From an uncultured bacterium (GTDB lineage Bacteria > B130-G9), in NCBI GenBank assembly GCA_965372715.1, contig CBDVDH010000017.1, forward strand, positions 1 through 61,837: a stretch of 61,837 nucleotides of DNA. Direction: 5' to 3'. The translations under genes and the position numbers were made by a program. Below, one piece after another: positions 40,401 through 49,863 of this stretch; position 1 is the stretch's first letter, and every line of letters starts with the position of its first letter. The notes beneath the pieces are model-generated. The model was not told the DNA's origin. It saw only the letters and a program-made list of their open reading frames with translations, and searched no databases.

Positions 40401-43400
40401 AGGCGCGTATCTGTATGCTGGCAACAACACGAGCTTTGAGGTGATTGACAACACAGAGACTTCCCTCTTGGTCAGGAGCGGTCCAGATGCCACTGACATG
40501 GCCTTGCCCGACTACTACTGGATAGACGGCGCCAAGCACGTGTGGCCCGATACGGCGATCACCGGGAAGATTTCGTCGGTTTACGGCATCGACCCGCGGA
40601 CGATCTCGATGAGGATCGATGGCGCCGAGGTGTCATATAGCGAGCTTGTCATAGCCCCCATCTATACAAAGGCGTACGGCGATTTCATGGCTGACGAGCT
40701 GGCTGAATGCTGGGTCGTTGACACTTACAACGACAGGATCCTTGAGCTGGGCGGAGAGACGATGAACGAGATCGCCAGCATAGCGGGGCGCGGGTTCTAC
40801 AGGCCCCAGGGTTTCGCTATCGATCCGACGACCAAGACGTTATGGGTTGCTGATACTGGCAACAACGAGGTCGTCAAGCTCAAGATACTCTCGTCGCTTT
40901 CTGGCACGTGGACGAACGTCCAGATAGACCCGATCATGGGCACAACGACACTTACAGATGGCACCGCCAGCTGGACGCCGGGAGCGCTCGTCGGCTATTC
41001 TGTCAATCCCAACACGGCCCAGGCGGGTGGTCAGTGGTATGAGATCACGGCCAATACCGCCACGTCTATCACGATCGATGAGCAGATCCTGGTCGGACTG
41101 GGCAGCCCCTACGTGATCAACTACTACGAGGTCGATGAACTGTGCCGCATCATCGGCTTGGACAATCCGACGTGCCTCGCCGTTGATTGGGTGAGCGGCA
41201 ATTGCTGGGTCTCGGATACGGGCAATGACCGGGTTGTGCGACTTGCAAGCAACATTGAGAACTACGGCGCGATTTACGATCTCGATGTGTCCGTCGGTTG
41301 CCACACCGCGATTGGTGGCAATACGGGTGTCGATAGCCCGTTTTCAGAGCCTCGCTTTGTGGCGGTCAACAGCTACCCGTTCCCGCTTGAGGAGCGAGGC
41401 GCTTGCTGGGTCACTGACACGGGTCATGGCGACGTCGTAGAAATCTCGCCCGGAGGCACGGCCATACTCAGGCGGATTCATGGTTTTGACCATCCGAGTT
41501 GTGTCGCTCTTGACTACTACCCGGGCGGCATCTGGGTAGCTGATAGCGGCAACGACCGCGTGGTGAAGCTCCTGAGTGGTATTCCCGATGGTTATGACAT
41601 AAGCGCTAGGAATTATCCCGAGATGGACATCAAGGTCGATCTCGAGCCGGATAGCTATCCGACCGGCGTCTCAGTCAACCATGTTACGGGCGGGGCCTGG
41701 GCGGCCCTTATGGGAAGCGGCCAGGTGGTCCGTATCTCCGCCGACGGGGCACTTTTGACCACTGTGAGTGGTTTGGTGTCGCCCGCAAAGGTGAGCGTCG
41801 CCTCTTATAGGGATTTGGCGGGCAACGTTGGCCAGTGCTGGGTCGCGGATACAGCGGCCGACGTAGTCTATAAGATAGACCCGGATATCCCGGACGGCTA
41901 CAACATGCTCACGGACAGCGGCTACATCCAGCGCACCGCGACCGGCTCTGTTCTAATGCCTTCGCTCGTCCTGGTCAATTCTGGCGGCGTTCAGGCCGGG
42001 TACAGCGTCGAGTATCAGCCGACGCAGCAGTTTGGATACGGTCAGGTGGTTGACGTTGAGATCGAGGCGACAGACCTATTCTTGGCAAGACGAAATGGTT
42101 TGGGCAATCACGGGTCCACGGCGTTTGACTTCACCACGGTCGAGCGCGACACATCGGCGCCATTCTTGGCGAACCAGAGCCCACCCAGGAACTCCCACAA
42201 CGCCAGCGTTTACGGGCCGGTAGAGTTCGATGTGCTTGACACCGGTACCGGCGTTGATGGCGAGACTATCCAGCTTTGGGTGAATGGTGTGCAGATATTC
42301 TCGGGCATCGTGGAGAACATCCCAGGTGTTTACGTGGTGCCGACATACAATGAAGATGAGATGGCGCCGGGTTACGCGATAGCGTATCAGCCGAGTCCGC
42401 CGTTTGGGTATTACGAGAGGGTGACCATAGAGGTCATAGCGGCCGACTTTGCGTTCCCTGAGCCAAATCGCGGCAGGCTTGAGTATTCGTTCTACACCGA
42501 GATCGATAGGGACCCACCGATGGTATATGCAGGCTCCGAGCGGCCTGCTCCGGGCCAGGATGATGTTGATCCTAGTATCAACACGGTTAGCATTATCATC
42601 TTCGACACGAAGAGCGGCGTGGACCCGGCGACGATTGAGGTAACTATTGACGGTAAGCCGGTCGATTGGGAGCAACTAACGCTTGAGCCCTGGCTGCACC
42701 CTGATGATTACCCAGGCTACCGGATAATTGCGCCGATAGGTCAGATTCTCACCTATGATCAGGACCTTACTGTGTGTGTGCGTGCCGCAGATACCGGTGG
42801 CGATGAGTTCACAGGCGCGAACTGGATGGAGACCTATTGCTGGGAGTTCAGCACAAGCCCCGACGCCAACAAGCCGTACTTCTGGAATCTCCGCCCTGAC
42901 AAAGGCGAGTCGGGTGTGAGACCGAACACCGACGTCTCCTTCGAGGTCTTGGACGACGAGGAGGGAGTCAACGTGAGCTCCATCTCGCTCCGCCTCAAGC
43001 CTCTCGATGAGTGGCAAGATATCGATCAGCAGATGATGACCATCGTTCCGGTCGCTCAGGGCTTCTCGGTAACGTATCAACCGCCATTGGAGTTCGCTGA
43101 CAACACGATTGTCGATGTTGAGCTGGGCGCCAGCGATCTCGCTGATCCGGCGAACGCTCAAACCGAGAGTTACAGGTTCACGCTTCAGGATACGTTACCG
43201 CCGACGTTCGACCCGGTAAACTTCGCGCCGAGGCAGGGTGCCGAGGAGGTGGCGGTCAATACAGTGATCTCGCTCGTCGTGAAGGACGAGCGGAATCCCG
43301 AGGCCGGCATCGAGTTCAACTCTGGCATCGACGAGTCATCTGTCATAATGACCTTGAATAATCAGCCTCAGTCGAACGTTCAGGTTGAGTTCATCATCGC

Positions 43401-44718
43401 GCCCTGGGTAGCACTCATCCAGTGCCAGGCGAGCCTCGACTACTGCCAAGACGTTACTGTAAGAGTTGAGTGCAGGGACCTCGAGGGCAACAGCATGGAG
43501 CCGGCCCTTTGGAGCTTCAAGACGGACGGCTGTTACTCCAGAATAAGGGTTCCCGAGACCCTTGAGTTCAACAGAACGCCGAAGGACGGCGGCCCTGATG
43601 TTCAAACGCTCGCGATCCAGAATGTCGGCTACCAGGTTCTGACGGTAAGCGACATAGAGATCACAATTGGCAGCGCACATTACTCGCTGCCGAATACTCC
43701 CCTGCTGCCGCTTTCGATCGACGGCCAGGATAGTTACGACCTCGATGTCTCGTTCTCGCCGCAGAGGTTTGGCGACCTGGGCGGGCGGATAAAGTTCACC
43801 CCGGCGGCCGATAATGGTGAGACCCCGCCGGCGGTTTATACGGAGCTGGTTGGCAGTGCGGGCTATCCGCCTGTTGTTGAGATAGTTACTCTGGAGTATA
43901 GCGGTATCTCTAGCGCCAGAGGCGGGCTATTCATTGCATTAGCGGAGGTCGGCGACCCAGAGGGCGATGCCGACATTGAGCGAGTCGAGATCAAGATCCA
44001 GAGCGACGACATGGGTCAAATCGATTGGGGCGAGATGAACGATGATGGCATCAATGGTGACATGGTCCCCAGAGATGGCGTTTATTCGTTCCAGTATGAG
44101 TTCACTTCCTACGTCCCGCCAGATGACTATCTCGTGACCGTCGAGGTGATCGACAGCATGGGCTACACAAGCACGCCGTGGCCGTATCTGCGAGTGGATG
44201 AGTATGAGAGCTTCACAGGCACGGCGTTCGACGACTACCTGAAGCTCGAACCTACGATCTCGATACTCGCTCGAAGCGGTCATACCAAGGCGTTAGTTGG
44301 TGCTCCTCCCGCAAAGCGCAGGACGAAGGCGCCTCCCTCAGAGATCGAGAGGCCCTGGATACAAGCGGCAGGCTTTGGCGGTTGGGAATACACGTTCATG
44401 ACTACTCAGGGCGGCAAGCTCATGATTCAAGCGAGAGTTCGCAACGACGCAACCGGTCTTGGCAGGCTCGGTTGGGGACGCGTCGATACAGTGGAACTCT
44501 TCTTGGTGAGCAATGGTGTGTCGCTGCCGACTGGTCTATTTCTGACCGATGACGAGACGACCGGTGTCTATGGCGACGTTGCCAACGACGGCAGGTTTGT
44601 CTTGCAGTTGGAGGACCTTGAACTGGAACTTGAGAGTGGCAATCATATACTTGAGTTGGTAGCAACAGACATTTACGGTAACGAGAGCCTCGTTTGGCCA
44701 TACTTCCACGTCGAGTAA
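34483..44718 (+). CDS. Giant (3411 aa) secreted multidomain surface protein
   Basis: RBS AAGGAGG, signal peptide; EPFxDxNxNGxWD Ca-type repeats, FN3-like, NHL-like WVADTGNxxV repeats, DxDxDGLTNYEE repeat, Ig-like repeats, DDGxxxDxxxxDGVY motifs. Confidence 0.88.
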   Translation: MRNRGWLIRSAVGLCGLVMLFGQNGAFASSRGDQIPPETYIMGSGNKVYEPYFDDDFSGRFDPGEPFVDMNRNGLWDVNVFVAEGGVVTSKNAMFCYAAVDNSITDGLERDNNVGRMEFSYFNPFTSAWSSFTNQSHCVLEVPESILIQPVPNYDVAYTFKVRAKDPSGNIDPEPATRTFYVGAGYLGTVTSVGAETIVDKSAAWSDQALVGLYLNPNIEQTQTFLIIGNTLNVIYVEEGSQLQAIASAGDRFWVIYPMITPPRLCVRDIATRDSISRIVVGTGNQLQLEWSEVAAGYEAQVSYDVYRDGVRIGTDYASTTFTDPDNADPGTLAPLNGQTYTYQVEANVTTSIMRYKTVRSNEVLASPIDLTVQSSDILNVSPGSVTMGRDTDEVVFTVENTTKARPVNWSIYTDVYYRAPDGTRTYGQYLWAGRFTDADVIAEVGGSANAKAEVRLIDTTASWELNDLAGRKITIAERFADVNSNGVYEWNDTDGDGEWDYGEGEKDASGAGQFGRIEEDEFVITSNNRTSLTVDRDPTRIGRNADGQVDDSSGAGSYYYIRDWFPISALSFTRLTGEVLMEPQTFKMKLDRSRLPTGWFVVYLYVEQNGRDPVPGNSNPLDPIVSQIMIRNGNPLSISRIIGVPEEDPGWGSDPSPSTSGIAQDTITLAFNLTDDRTDFRIGAFPKHKSYSYWGTPGTQADQFGDMFIGCFLNPDVSDLAYWAASGLAVDRPPQVYRIASYTVQGQVGATTPASTQVQLEMPGSSNGHIGVDRRDYPPPQWMGQFGSTGGLEYVVYRPWGDGSEQPPGSDSMGIDRCWSDANFGVGAAQSRGQWTGDDEVMVRLDGLSVRGGAYGIDPDVVATAKGDDNDVLDYWWRQLLVGETTDYENGIQTGNVRDYYIKPSGADVPWKGCKYVITTGSAEDEGAGGLRENSTVVHDSAFVGSAIALDPIGAMGALNAGEHYFITQAYNPEPFYSSDWVMSWKTFRAGITNVQPAPPSAPEMTGGAVGCDCAPPAGQIDARNSYKDVNHNCTYDPYPTLTFLSTDITDGGETSFLSFVIYDSDGDDATTGKPRRWSVTPSKHTILEARIPGDSTGRSDCNDPDVWGGGMVIGSYPLLVNGDGEPFWDANGDGLYDAGDTLYMDPPYGNRDPRTWRSNYIADDLESQDLFAVIEPGEVVTGYLILTNKSVRDALSVSALIAEYDPYVTLISNNLTMYDNVASGRTLTAVPVGSGVSGQDRERYAFKFRVSEQLPCYTNGYDVTFYTKVFDSWGGDSYDDSFRVKLFRIDGPTVVPPVIDDDRYGYSGTSPYSNGDGLIQAGERVELLVRLRNESCLPIGNNSQTGQLIAQMAIDNPQVTLQAPDMGVLLAASTRNYLHILPGDEGIPYDVNPEFEIEVAQNYDGSPIPFELTLTGGVTYGTAPPPAEEYVGPCAYTWRMSFCENPEISWIKHYNKLSGTSTALLTSTLIHQDALFVPGSLSGLMLNPNTNQSKTFEIISNSVTSINVDGDLRTVAKVGDPYEVVRDAFNIVLSPGETIEVVMRAAPGQIASFNFEKVTRERVSGAVNGITGDTLVDLAADFEIGSLVGLKLLVNGTTTYNIVGNSANAIVLDDATGLGLGDTYETYGSATLVRFFESNVRMFDDGMHKDGAAGDGVYVGTYTVREGDDILAEVVGYLEAVSNGNVGHVYASKPLMIDIEVPLAPQNVAAMISTVQLGQDVIRLDWDISDEYDFQYCRDAGYAIFRTTDPSQIPRTPLDILTWATGVSRSLIFNVTPPEPFTDLNGNGVWDPNEGFKDWNGNGIYDPGPYWVDPFTESGVTYYYFIKAFDAYGNSSDVSKVVGITLYSATDMGVDNMPDSWEVRHGLKQAMAFDTFNDDTDYDNDGLTNYEEFLLHTNPTDPDTDKDGECDGSEYDRTDDPVSAINPSDEALAFDIRPGGYAGISSYTLPESVEQFWFVDEHADWVVHQFEGAYLYAGNNTSFEVIDNTETSLLVRSGPDATDMALPDYYWIDGAKHVWPDTAITGKISSVYGIDPRTISMRIDGAEVSYSELVIAPIYTKAYGDFMADELAECWVVDTYNDRILELGGETMNEIASIAGRGFYRPQGFAIDPTTKTLWVADTGNNEVVKLKILSSLSGTWTNVQIDPIMGTTTLTDGTASWTPGALVGYSVNPNTAQAGGQWYEITANTATSITIDEQILVGLGSPYVINYYEVDELCRIIGLDNPTCLAVDWVSGNCWVSDTGNDRVVRLASNIENYGAIYDLDVSVGCHTAIGGNTGVDSPFSEPRFVAVNSYPFPLEERGACWVTDTGHGDVVEISPGGTAILRRIHGFDHPSCVALDYYPGGIWVADSGNDRVVKLLSGIPDGYDISARNYPEMDIKVDLEPDSYPTGVSVNHVTGGAWAALMGSGQVVRISADGALLTTVSGLVSPAKVSVASYRDLAGNVGQCWVADTAADVVYKIDPDIPDGYNMLTDSGYIQRTATGSVLMPSLVLVNSGGVQAGYSVEYQPTQQFGYGQVVDVEIEATDLFLARRNGLGNHGSTAFDFTTVERDTSAPFLANQSPPRNSHNASVYGPVEFDVLDTGTGVDGETIQLWVNGVQIFSGIVENIPGVYVVPTYNEDEMAPGYAIAYQPSPPFGYYERVTIEVIAADFAFPEPNRGRLEYSFYTEIDRDPPMVYAGSERPAPGQDDVDPSINTVSIIIFDTKSGVDPATIEVTIDGKPVDWEQLTLEPWLHPDDYPGYRIIAPIGQILTYDQDLTVCVRAADTGGDEFTGANWMETYCWEFSTSPDANKPYFWNLRPDKGESGVRPNTDVSFEVLDDEEGVNVSSISLRLKPLDEWQDIDQQMMTIVPVAQGFSVTYQPPLEFADNTIVDVELGASDLADPANAQTESYRFTLQDTLPPTFDPVNFAPRQGAEEVAVNTVISLVVKDERNPEAGIEFNSGIDESSVIMTLNNQPQSNVQVEFIIAPWVALIQCQASLDYCQDVTVRVECRDLEGNSMEPALWSFKTDGCYSRIRVPETLEFNRTPKDGGPDVQTLAIQNVGYQVLTVSDIEITIGSAHYSLPNTPLLPLSIDGQDSYDLDVSFSPQRFGDLGGRIKFTPAADNGETPPAVYTELVGSAGYPPVVEIVTLEYSGISSARGGLFIALAEVGDPEGDADIERVEIKIQSDDMGQIDWGEMNDDGINGDMVPRDGVYSFQYEFTSYVPPDDYLVTVEVIDSMGYTSTPWPYLRVDEYESFTGTAFDDYLKLEPTISILARSGHTKALVGAPPAKRRTKAPPSEIERPWIQAAGFGGWEYTFMTTQGGKLMIQARVRNDATGLGRLGWGRVDTVELFLVSNGVSLPTGLFLTDDETTGVYGDVANDGRFVLQLEDLELELESGNHILELVATDIYGNESLVWPYFHVE

Positions 44719-44760
44719 TGGCGCGGTTCGTTTGAAACTTCCGATGGAGGGATAGTAACG

Positions 44761-47700
44761 ATGGGGAGCCCAAGGCGGATACTTATACCTCTTGGTCTGC
44801 TGCTGATAAGTTCGGTCTTGTCGGTCGGCACGGCATTCGGCGCCTCAACTGATGTTGAATGGCGAATGTTGCAGCATAATTCTCAAAGGTCCGGCTTTGC
44901 GGATGGCGTCGGGCCGGTCATTCCTGAGGTACTGTTCGAGTTCGAGACGGCGTATTGGGTTCGCTCATCCTGCCTGATCGCGCCCGATGGCTCCGTTCTC
45001 GTTGGCAGCTACATGGGCATGTTCTACTGCCTGGAGCCAGACCTTTGGTCCACACCCAGGTGGTGGGTGGACCTCTCAAGCGACATCGAGGGCACGCCGT
45101 GCCTCTCACCGGATGGCCTGCTATATGTGCCAACGATGGATGCGCGCCTCGTCTGCATCGATACGAATACCTCCAGCGGGAGCTTCGTGGACGAGAAGTG
45201 GGATTATCAAGGCCCGGCGGCCATCAAGACGTCGCCATGCCTCATGGCGGATGGAGCGATAGTCGCAACCTTCTCGGACGGCACGCTGGTTGTCCTTGAG
45301 CGAAATGGGCATGTCCGGTGGGCATTCTCCTCCGAAGGCGGTTTTGAGGCGTCGCCCGCGGTCGCCCACGACGGGGCCGTGGTTGTCGCGGACGTGGAGG
45401 GCCGCGTTACGGCTCTCAGTCGAGAGGGCTCTGTCCGTTGGACTTACGACACGTTCAGCATGGTGTGTTCATCGGTTACAACGTGGTTTGATACGGTCTA
45501 TGTTGTCAGCTACGACGGCATAGTCCACGCGCTGTCGCTTTGGGACGGCTCGCCGGTCTGGACGTTTGAGACGGGCTGTCTGAACATCGGCTCCTCCGTC
45601 GCGGTCGGCGCCGATGGCGCGCTCTATTTCGGCACGCAAGAGGGCTTCCTTTTCGCGCTCTTCAGCTACGGCGCAGAGAAATGGCGCTTCACAGCGGCCG
45701 GCGAGATCGAGAGCTCCCCGGCGGTCGATGCCGACGGCAAGATATACTTCGGCTGTTCCGACTATTGCCTATATTGCCTGGACAGCGTGGGCGATCTTGT
45801 CTGGAAGGAGCGCAGAAGAGGCAAGATAACGTCGTCGCCCGCAATCGGTCCGGCCGAGCCGTTCGTCGATGAGGATGGCAACGGGGTCTGCAACGGCGAT
45901 GAGACTTTCGACGATGTCAACTTCAACGGTCAGTGGGACGGCAACTGCATCTATGTGGGCTCTTGGGACCGAACGATCATGGCCGTGGGACAGAAAACGG
46001 ACGCAGTGCCGCGGCTTGAAGACGGCTATGCGTTCCCCGACAAAGGCGGCGTCTCGACCGTGTTCACATACTCCGTGGGCTACTATTCCGATCCAACAAG
46101 CGAGCCCGATACAACTTGGGTCGTGATCGACGGCAGCCCCTATGACATGACGCTTTACAGGAGAGATTACTACGGCCCCGGTATCGATGAATACCGCTAT
46201 GAGACACAGCTGCCGGTCGGCGAGCACAACTTCTACTTCTCGTTCAGGGATGCCGACGGTGACAGTGTTCGGTTGCCGACCGATGGCACGTTCAATGGTC
46301 CCGAGGTTGGTGGCGACAACAGGCCTCCGGACCTCGTGATGGGTTATGTTTCTCCCGCCTCTGCGACGCTTGGCTCGACGTTCACGTTTGCCGTGGATGT
46401 GAACGATCCGGATGGGGATGTAATAGAAGGCGTCTATCTTGTGTTGAATGCCCCGGGGACGAGTGAGCTGGCCGTCTATTTGATCGAGGACTTCGTGGCA
46501 TCGACCAGTAACGAAGGATACTTCACGTTCAGACAGAGTCTCGTTCTGGATCACCTGGGCGAATACGAATACCTGTTTGGGGCAATCGACGATCGAGAGG
46601 GCATCGGCGTGCTCCCTGCCCAAGGCTGGTATCACGGACCGACGGTTACGCCTTGCACAAGCCCCTGGCCAATGTATCGACACAACCGGCATCATACGGG
46701 GCTCTCGGTCCTCGAAGGTCCCTACATCTATACGCTAAAGTGGGCCCGCGCCGCAGGAGGCGGGATTGTCTCATCCCCCTGCATTGGCGCTACGGGCAAC
46801 ATATATATAGGGGCCCTTGACGGGACGCTTTACGCATATTCACTCGACGGGTTGCCGCTTTGGAGCTTCGCCACAGGCGACAAGATCGCGTCCTCACCGG
46901 CTGTCGGCTACCAGGATGTCGTCTATTTCGGCTCTGACGACGGCGCGATCTATGCGGTCAGAGATGGCGGGCTGCTTTGGCGGACACAGACGGGTGGCAA
47001 GGTTCGTTCCTCGCCGGTGATGGGCTCCGGCGGAGCGCTATACGTTGGTTCCAACGACGGCCGTCTTTATGCACTCGACAAGGACGACGGCACGGTGCTG
47101 TGGCGATACAACATCGGAGCCTGGATAAACTCCTCGCCCGCCGTGTGGAGACTGCCCGACAGGGACATCATCTACGTTACCGCCATGGACGGGAACCTTC
47201 ACGCGGTTCACAACCTGGACACTGGCGGTGTCTATTGCCTCCAGCTTTTCCACACCGGCCACTGGGTAACATCATCGCCGTGCGTTGGGCCGGACGGGAC
47301 CATCTACTTCGGCTCTAACGACTGCAACATCTACGCGGTCGATCCCGACGGCAACCTGCTCTGGTCTTACGCGACCAATAGCTGGGTTCGCTCGTCACCC
47401 GCCCTGGACAAGGACGGTAACCTCTACGTGGGCTCGCTCGATCACAACCTATACTGCCTCGACGCCGAGGGCCAACTGAACTGGAAGGTCGATCTCGGCG
47501 ACCAGATTATCGGCTCGTGCGCGCTTGACTCCAGAGGCTACGTCTTTGTGGGCACCAACTACACGACCGCGGAAGGCGGCAAGCAATTCTGCCTCGACAG
47601 AGAAGGCAACATCGAGTGGCTCTTCCAGACGAACGAGGCGGTCAATTCCTCGACCGCGATTGGCGAGGGCAACATGGTCTATTTCGGCAGCCTCGACTGG

Positions 47701-48522
47701 AACCTCTACGCCTTTGGCGGGCGCGACGAGATTGCGCCATATATCCTGGGAGGCGGGTTCTGGAACAGCAGAGTCTCGGCTCGCGACGGCGGCGTCCTTC
47801 GCCTTATAGCCTACGTGACGGACCCCGAGAACAATGTTGAATACGTTGAGCTGTTTGAGATGGGGCGAGGCTCGCTCGACCTGTATCTCCTCGACAATGG
47901 TCTTGGCGGGGACGAGGTGGCTGGCGATGGCGTCTATTCAATTCAGATGAATCTCGGCCCAGGCGATATGATTGCCGGACCACACTATTTCGAGCTGATT
48001 GCGCGGGACAGGGCCGGCAATAGGAGTGAGATTTGGCCCTATCTCGAGGTTAGAAGGGAAGGTCTGCCCACGCTGCTCGGAGCCGATCCTCTCGCGCCGC
48101 TCAGGAACGCGGGCTTCAAGGTCATGGACGTAAGTACAGACGGTGTGGCTCCCTTCCGTTGCCGGGCCTTAGCTCCCACGGCGCTTGCCGGGTATCCATA
48201 CAATCCTGATGCGCCGATTGTGCTCGAGGCGGGATACGGCTACACGAGAATAACTACGGAACATGGCGGACGGCTTCAGGTATTTGCCAGGATAATTGAT
48301 CCTCAGGACCCCCTGAGCATCGAGAAGGTCTACTTCCAGCTCTGGATGGGAGGGGTCTGGAACGGCATCGAGATGCAGAAGGACTGGACCCAGGCCGACA
48401 TGTATATACTTGACGTGAATGTCGGGGCTGGTATGTATCCAGGCGCGTATATGGTCGATATAAGCGTTACGGACATTGATGGCAATCAGGGACGCTGGCC
48501 ATCAATCACCGTCTGGGATTGA
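44761..48522 (+). CDS. Secreted double PQQ-like (BamB-type) beta-propeller protein
   Basis: Signal peptide; two WxMxxHNxxxxG-led blocks of SSPAxxxDGxIYxGSxD repeats; Ig-like linkers and tail. Confidence 0.88.
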   Translation: MGSPRRILIPLGLLLISSVLSVGTAFGASTDVEWRMLQHNSQRSGFADGVGPVIPEVLFEFETAYWVRSSCLIAPDGSVLVGSYMGMFYCLEPDLWSTPRWWVDLSSDIEGTPCLSPDGLLYVPTMDARLVCIDTNTSSGSFVDEKWDYQGPAAIKTSPCLMADGAIVATFSDGTLVVLERNGHVRWAFSSEGGFEASPAVAHDGAVVVADVEGRVTALSREGSVRWTYDTFSMVCSSVTTWFDTVYVVSYDGIVHALSLWDGSPVWTFETGCLNIGSSVAVGADGALYFGTQEGFLFALFSYGAEKWRFTAAGEIESSPAVDADGKIYFGCSDYCLYCLDSVGDLVWKERRRGKITSSPAIGPAEPFVDEDGNGVCNGDETFDDVNFNGQWDGNCIYVGSWDRTIMAVGQKTDAVPRLEDGYAFPDKGGVSTVFTYSVGYYSDPTSEPDTTWVVIDGSPYDMTLYRRDYYGPGIDEYRYETQLPVGEHNFYFSFRDADGDSVRLPTDGTFNGPEVGGDNRPPDLVMGYVSPASATLGSTFTFAVDVNDPDGDVIEGVYLVLNAPGTSELAVYLIEDFVASTSNEGYFTFRQSLVLDHLGEYEYLFGAIDDREGIGVLPAQGWYHGPTVTPCTSPWPMYRHNRHHTGLSVLEGPYIYTLKWARAAGGGIVSSPCIGATGNIYIGALDGTLYAYSLDGLPLWSFATGDKIASSPAVGYQDVVYFGSDDGAIYAVRDGGLLWRTQTGGKVRSSPVMGSGGALYVGSNDGRLYALDKDDGTVLWRYNIGAWINSSPAVWRLPDRDIIYVTAMDGNLHAVHNLDTGGVYCLQLFHTGHWVTSSPCVGPDGTIYFGSNDCNIYAVDPDGNLLWSYATNSWVRSSPALDKDGNLYVGSLDHNLYCLDAEGQLNWKVDLGDQIIGSCALDSRGYVFVGTNYTTAEGGKQFCLDREGNIEWLFQTNEAVNSSTAIGEGNMVYFGSLDWNLYAFGGRDEIAPYILGGGFWNSRVSARDGGVLRLIAYVTDPENNVEYVELFEMGRGSLDLYLLDNGLGGDEVAGDGVYSIQMNLGPGDMIAGPHYFELIARDRAGNRSEIWPYLEVRREGLPTLLGADPLAPLRNAGFKVMDVSTDGVAPFRCRALAPTALAGYPYNPDAPIVLEAGYGYTRITTEHGGRLQVFARIIDPQDPLSIEKVYFQLWMGGVWNGIEMQKDWTQADMYILDVNVGAGMYPGAYMVDISVTDIDGNQGRWPSITVWD

Positions 48523-49860
48523 CCAAACGTGCGCAAGTTCTTCTAGTAGAAAACGAACAAACTCCGAACCGCGAACGGGAGCTGCCAAAACGGTGGCTCC
48601 CGTTTTTTGCTTTAGCTCCCCCAGCGTTATCCCGTCTATGAACCGCCGAAGGTCCCCCTTGCGCTCTTCGCTCTCGGCTTCAAGCGCCACGTCAGGTATG
48701 AGCGCAACCTCGTCGTTGGTCAGGCCGGCCTCCAATATGGCCCTTTCGATGTCTCGACCAACCAAGAGGCCCGCGACGGTTACGCCATCCCCAAAGAACT
48801 TGTTGCGCACCTCAAGAACCGACAACCTCGTGCCCAGCGTTCGGTTCAACCGCTCGACCGCCTGTGAGATAACTGGGGCTGCGAGCTTCCCCGTGAGTAA
48901 CACCGCCTCCGATCCTAATGTTCGCTCTCTGTCCCTCATACCGGCCAGCGCCTCGTCAATATCCGCCACGAATCTCGAGGCGATGCCGACGCCGTTCTCG
49001 ATCTGCTCGAAGGCGCCGTATGCACTTGCGTCGGGCAGCTTGGCGCCCGACATCAGGTAGAACTCGTCGCTCAGAAGAAGCACTTGCCTGCCGAGGCGCT
49101 CGCGAAGCTGGGCCTGAAACGGTCGTATCTCTTGGATCAGCCCCGCCGCATACTCGGGCGAGACGGGTTCGATTTTCGGGAGCCCGGCTCGAAACCTGGT
49201 CAACCCGACGGGCACGATCGCGACTGTCTGGACGCCAGGGAATAGCGACGCCAGGTCCGAAATCGTTCGCTCAAGGACGTTCCCATCGTTCAGCCCGGGA
49301 CAAAGCACGATCTGGGTGTGAAGCGTTACGCCGGCTCTTACGAGATTCCTCAGCACGGGGAGTATCGGAGGCGTGTTCGGGTTGAGGAGCATCTCTGCTC
49401 GGATTCTGGGATCAGTTGCTTGCACAGAGATGTAAAGCGGCGAGAGATGCAGTTTCTCGATCCTCCTGAGGTCGGCCTTCGAGAGATTGGTGGCCGTGAT
49501 GAAATTGCCGAACAGGAAAGAGAGTCGATAGTCCTCGTCCTTGATGCAGAGCGATGGTCTGAGCCCCTTTGGCATTTGATCCACGAAGCAGAAGAGACAC
49601 TTGTTGGTGCAGGTTCTGGGCTTGATCGGCTCGAATGAAAGGCCTATCGGTTCACCGAGTGTGCGAGCGATCTTCGCCTCGTGCTGCTCGTTGTTCGGGG
49701 CCACGAAACAGATGGCGAGCTCCGCGTCAGATGAGGCGAACATGAAGTCGATCGGGTCGTTCATTGGGACGCCGTTGACGCTTCTGATGCTCGCACCTTT
49801 CGGGACACCGGCCGCGTCTGCCGCCGAATCAGGAGCGACGTCGGAGACTGTTATCGGCAA
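48502..49860 (-). CDS. PDZ + DUF512 radical-SAM-like protein
   Basis: N-terminal PDZ-like, CTNKCLFCFVDQMP, KDEDYRLSFLFGNF, VPVGLTRFR, QIENGVG. Confidence 0.88.
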   Translation of the reverse strand: MPITVSDVAPDSAADAAGVPKGASIRSVNGVPMNDPIDFMFASSDAELAICFVAPNNEQHEAKIARTLGEPIGLSFEPIKPRTCTNKCLFCFVDQMPKGLRPSLCIKDEDYRLSFLFGNFITATNLSKADLRRIEKLHLSPLYISVQATDPRIRAEMLLNPNTPPILPVLRNLVRAGVTLHTQIVLCPGLNDGNVLERTISDLASLFPGVQTVAIVPVGLTRFRAGLPKIEPVSPEYAAGLIQEIRPFQAQLRERLGRQVLLLSDEFYLMSGAKLPDASAYGAFEQIENGVGIASRFVADIDEALAGMRDRERTLGSEAVLLTGKLAAPVISQAVERLNRTLGTRLSVLEVRNKFFGDGVTVAGLLVGRDIERAILEAGLTNDEVALIPDVALEAESEERKGDLRRFIDGITLGELKQKTGATVLAAPVRGSEFVRFLLEELAHVWSIPDGD

Positions 49861-49863
49861 CGG

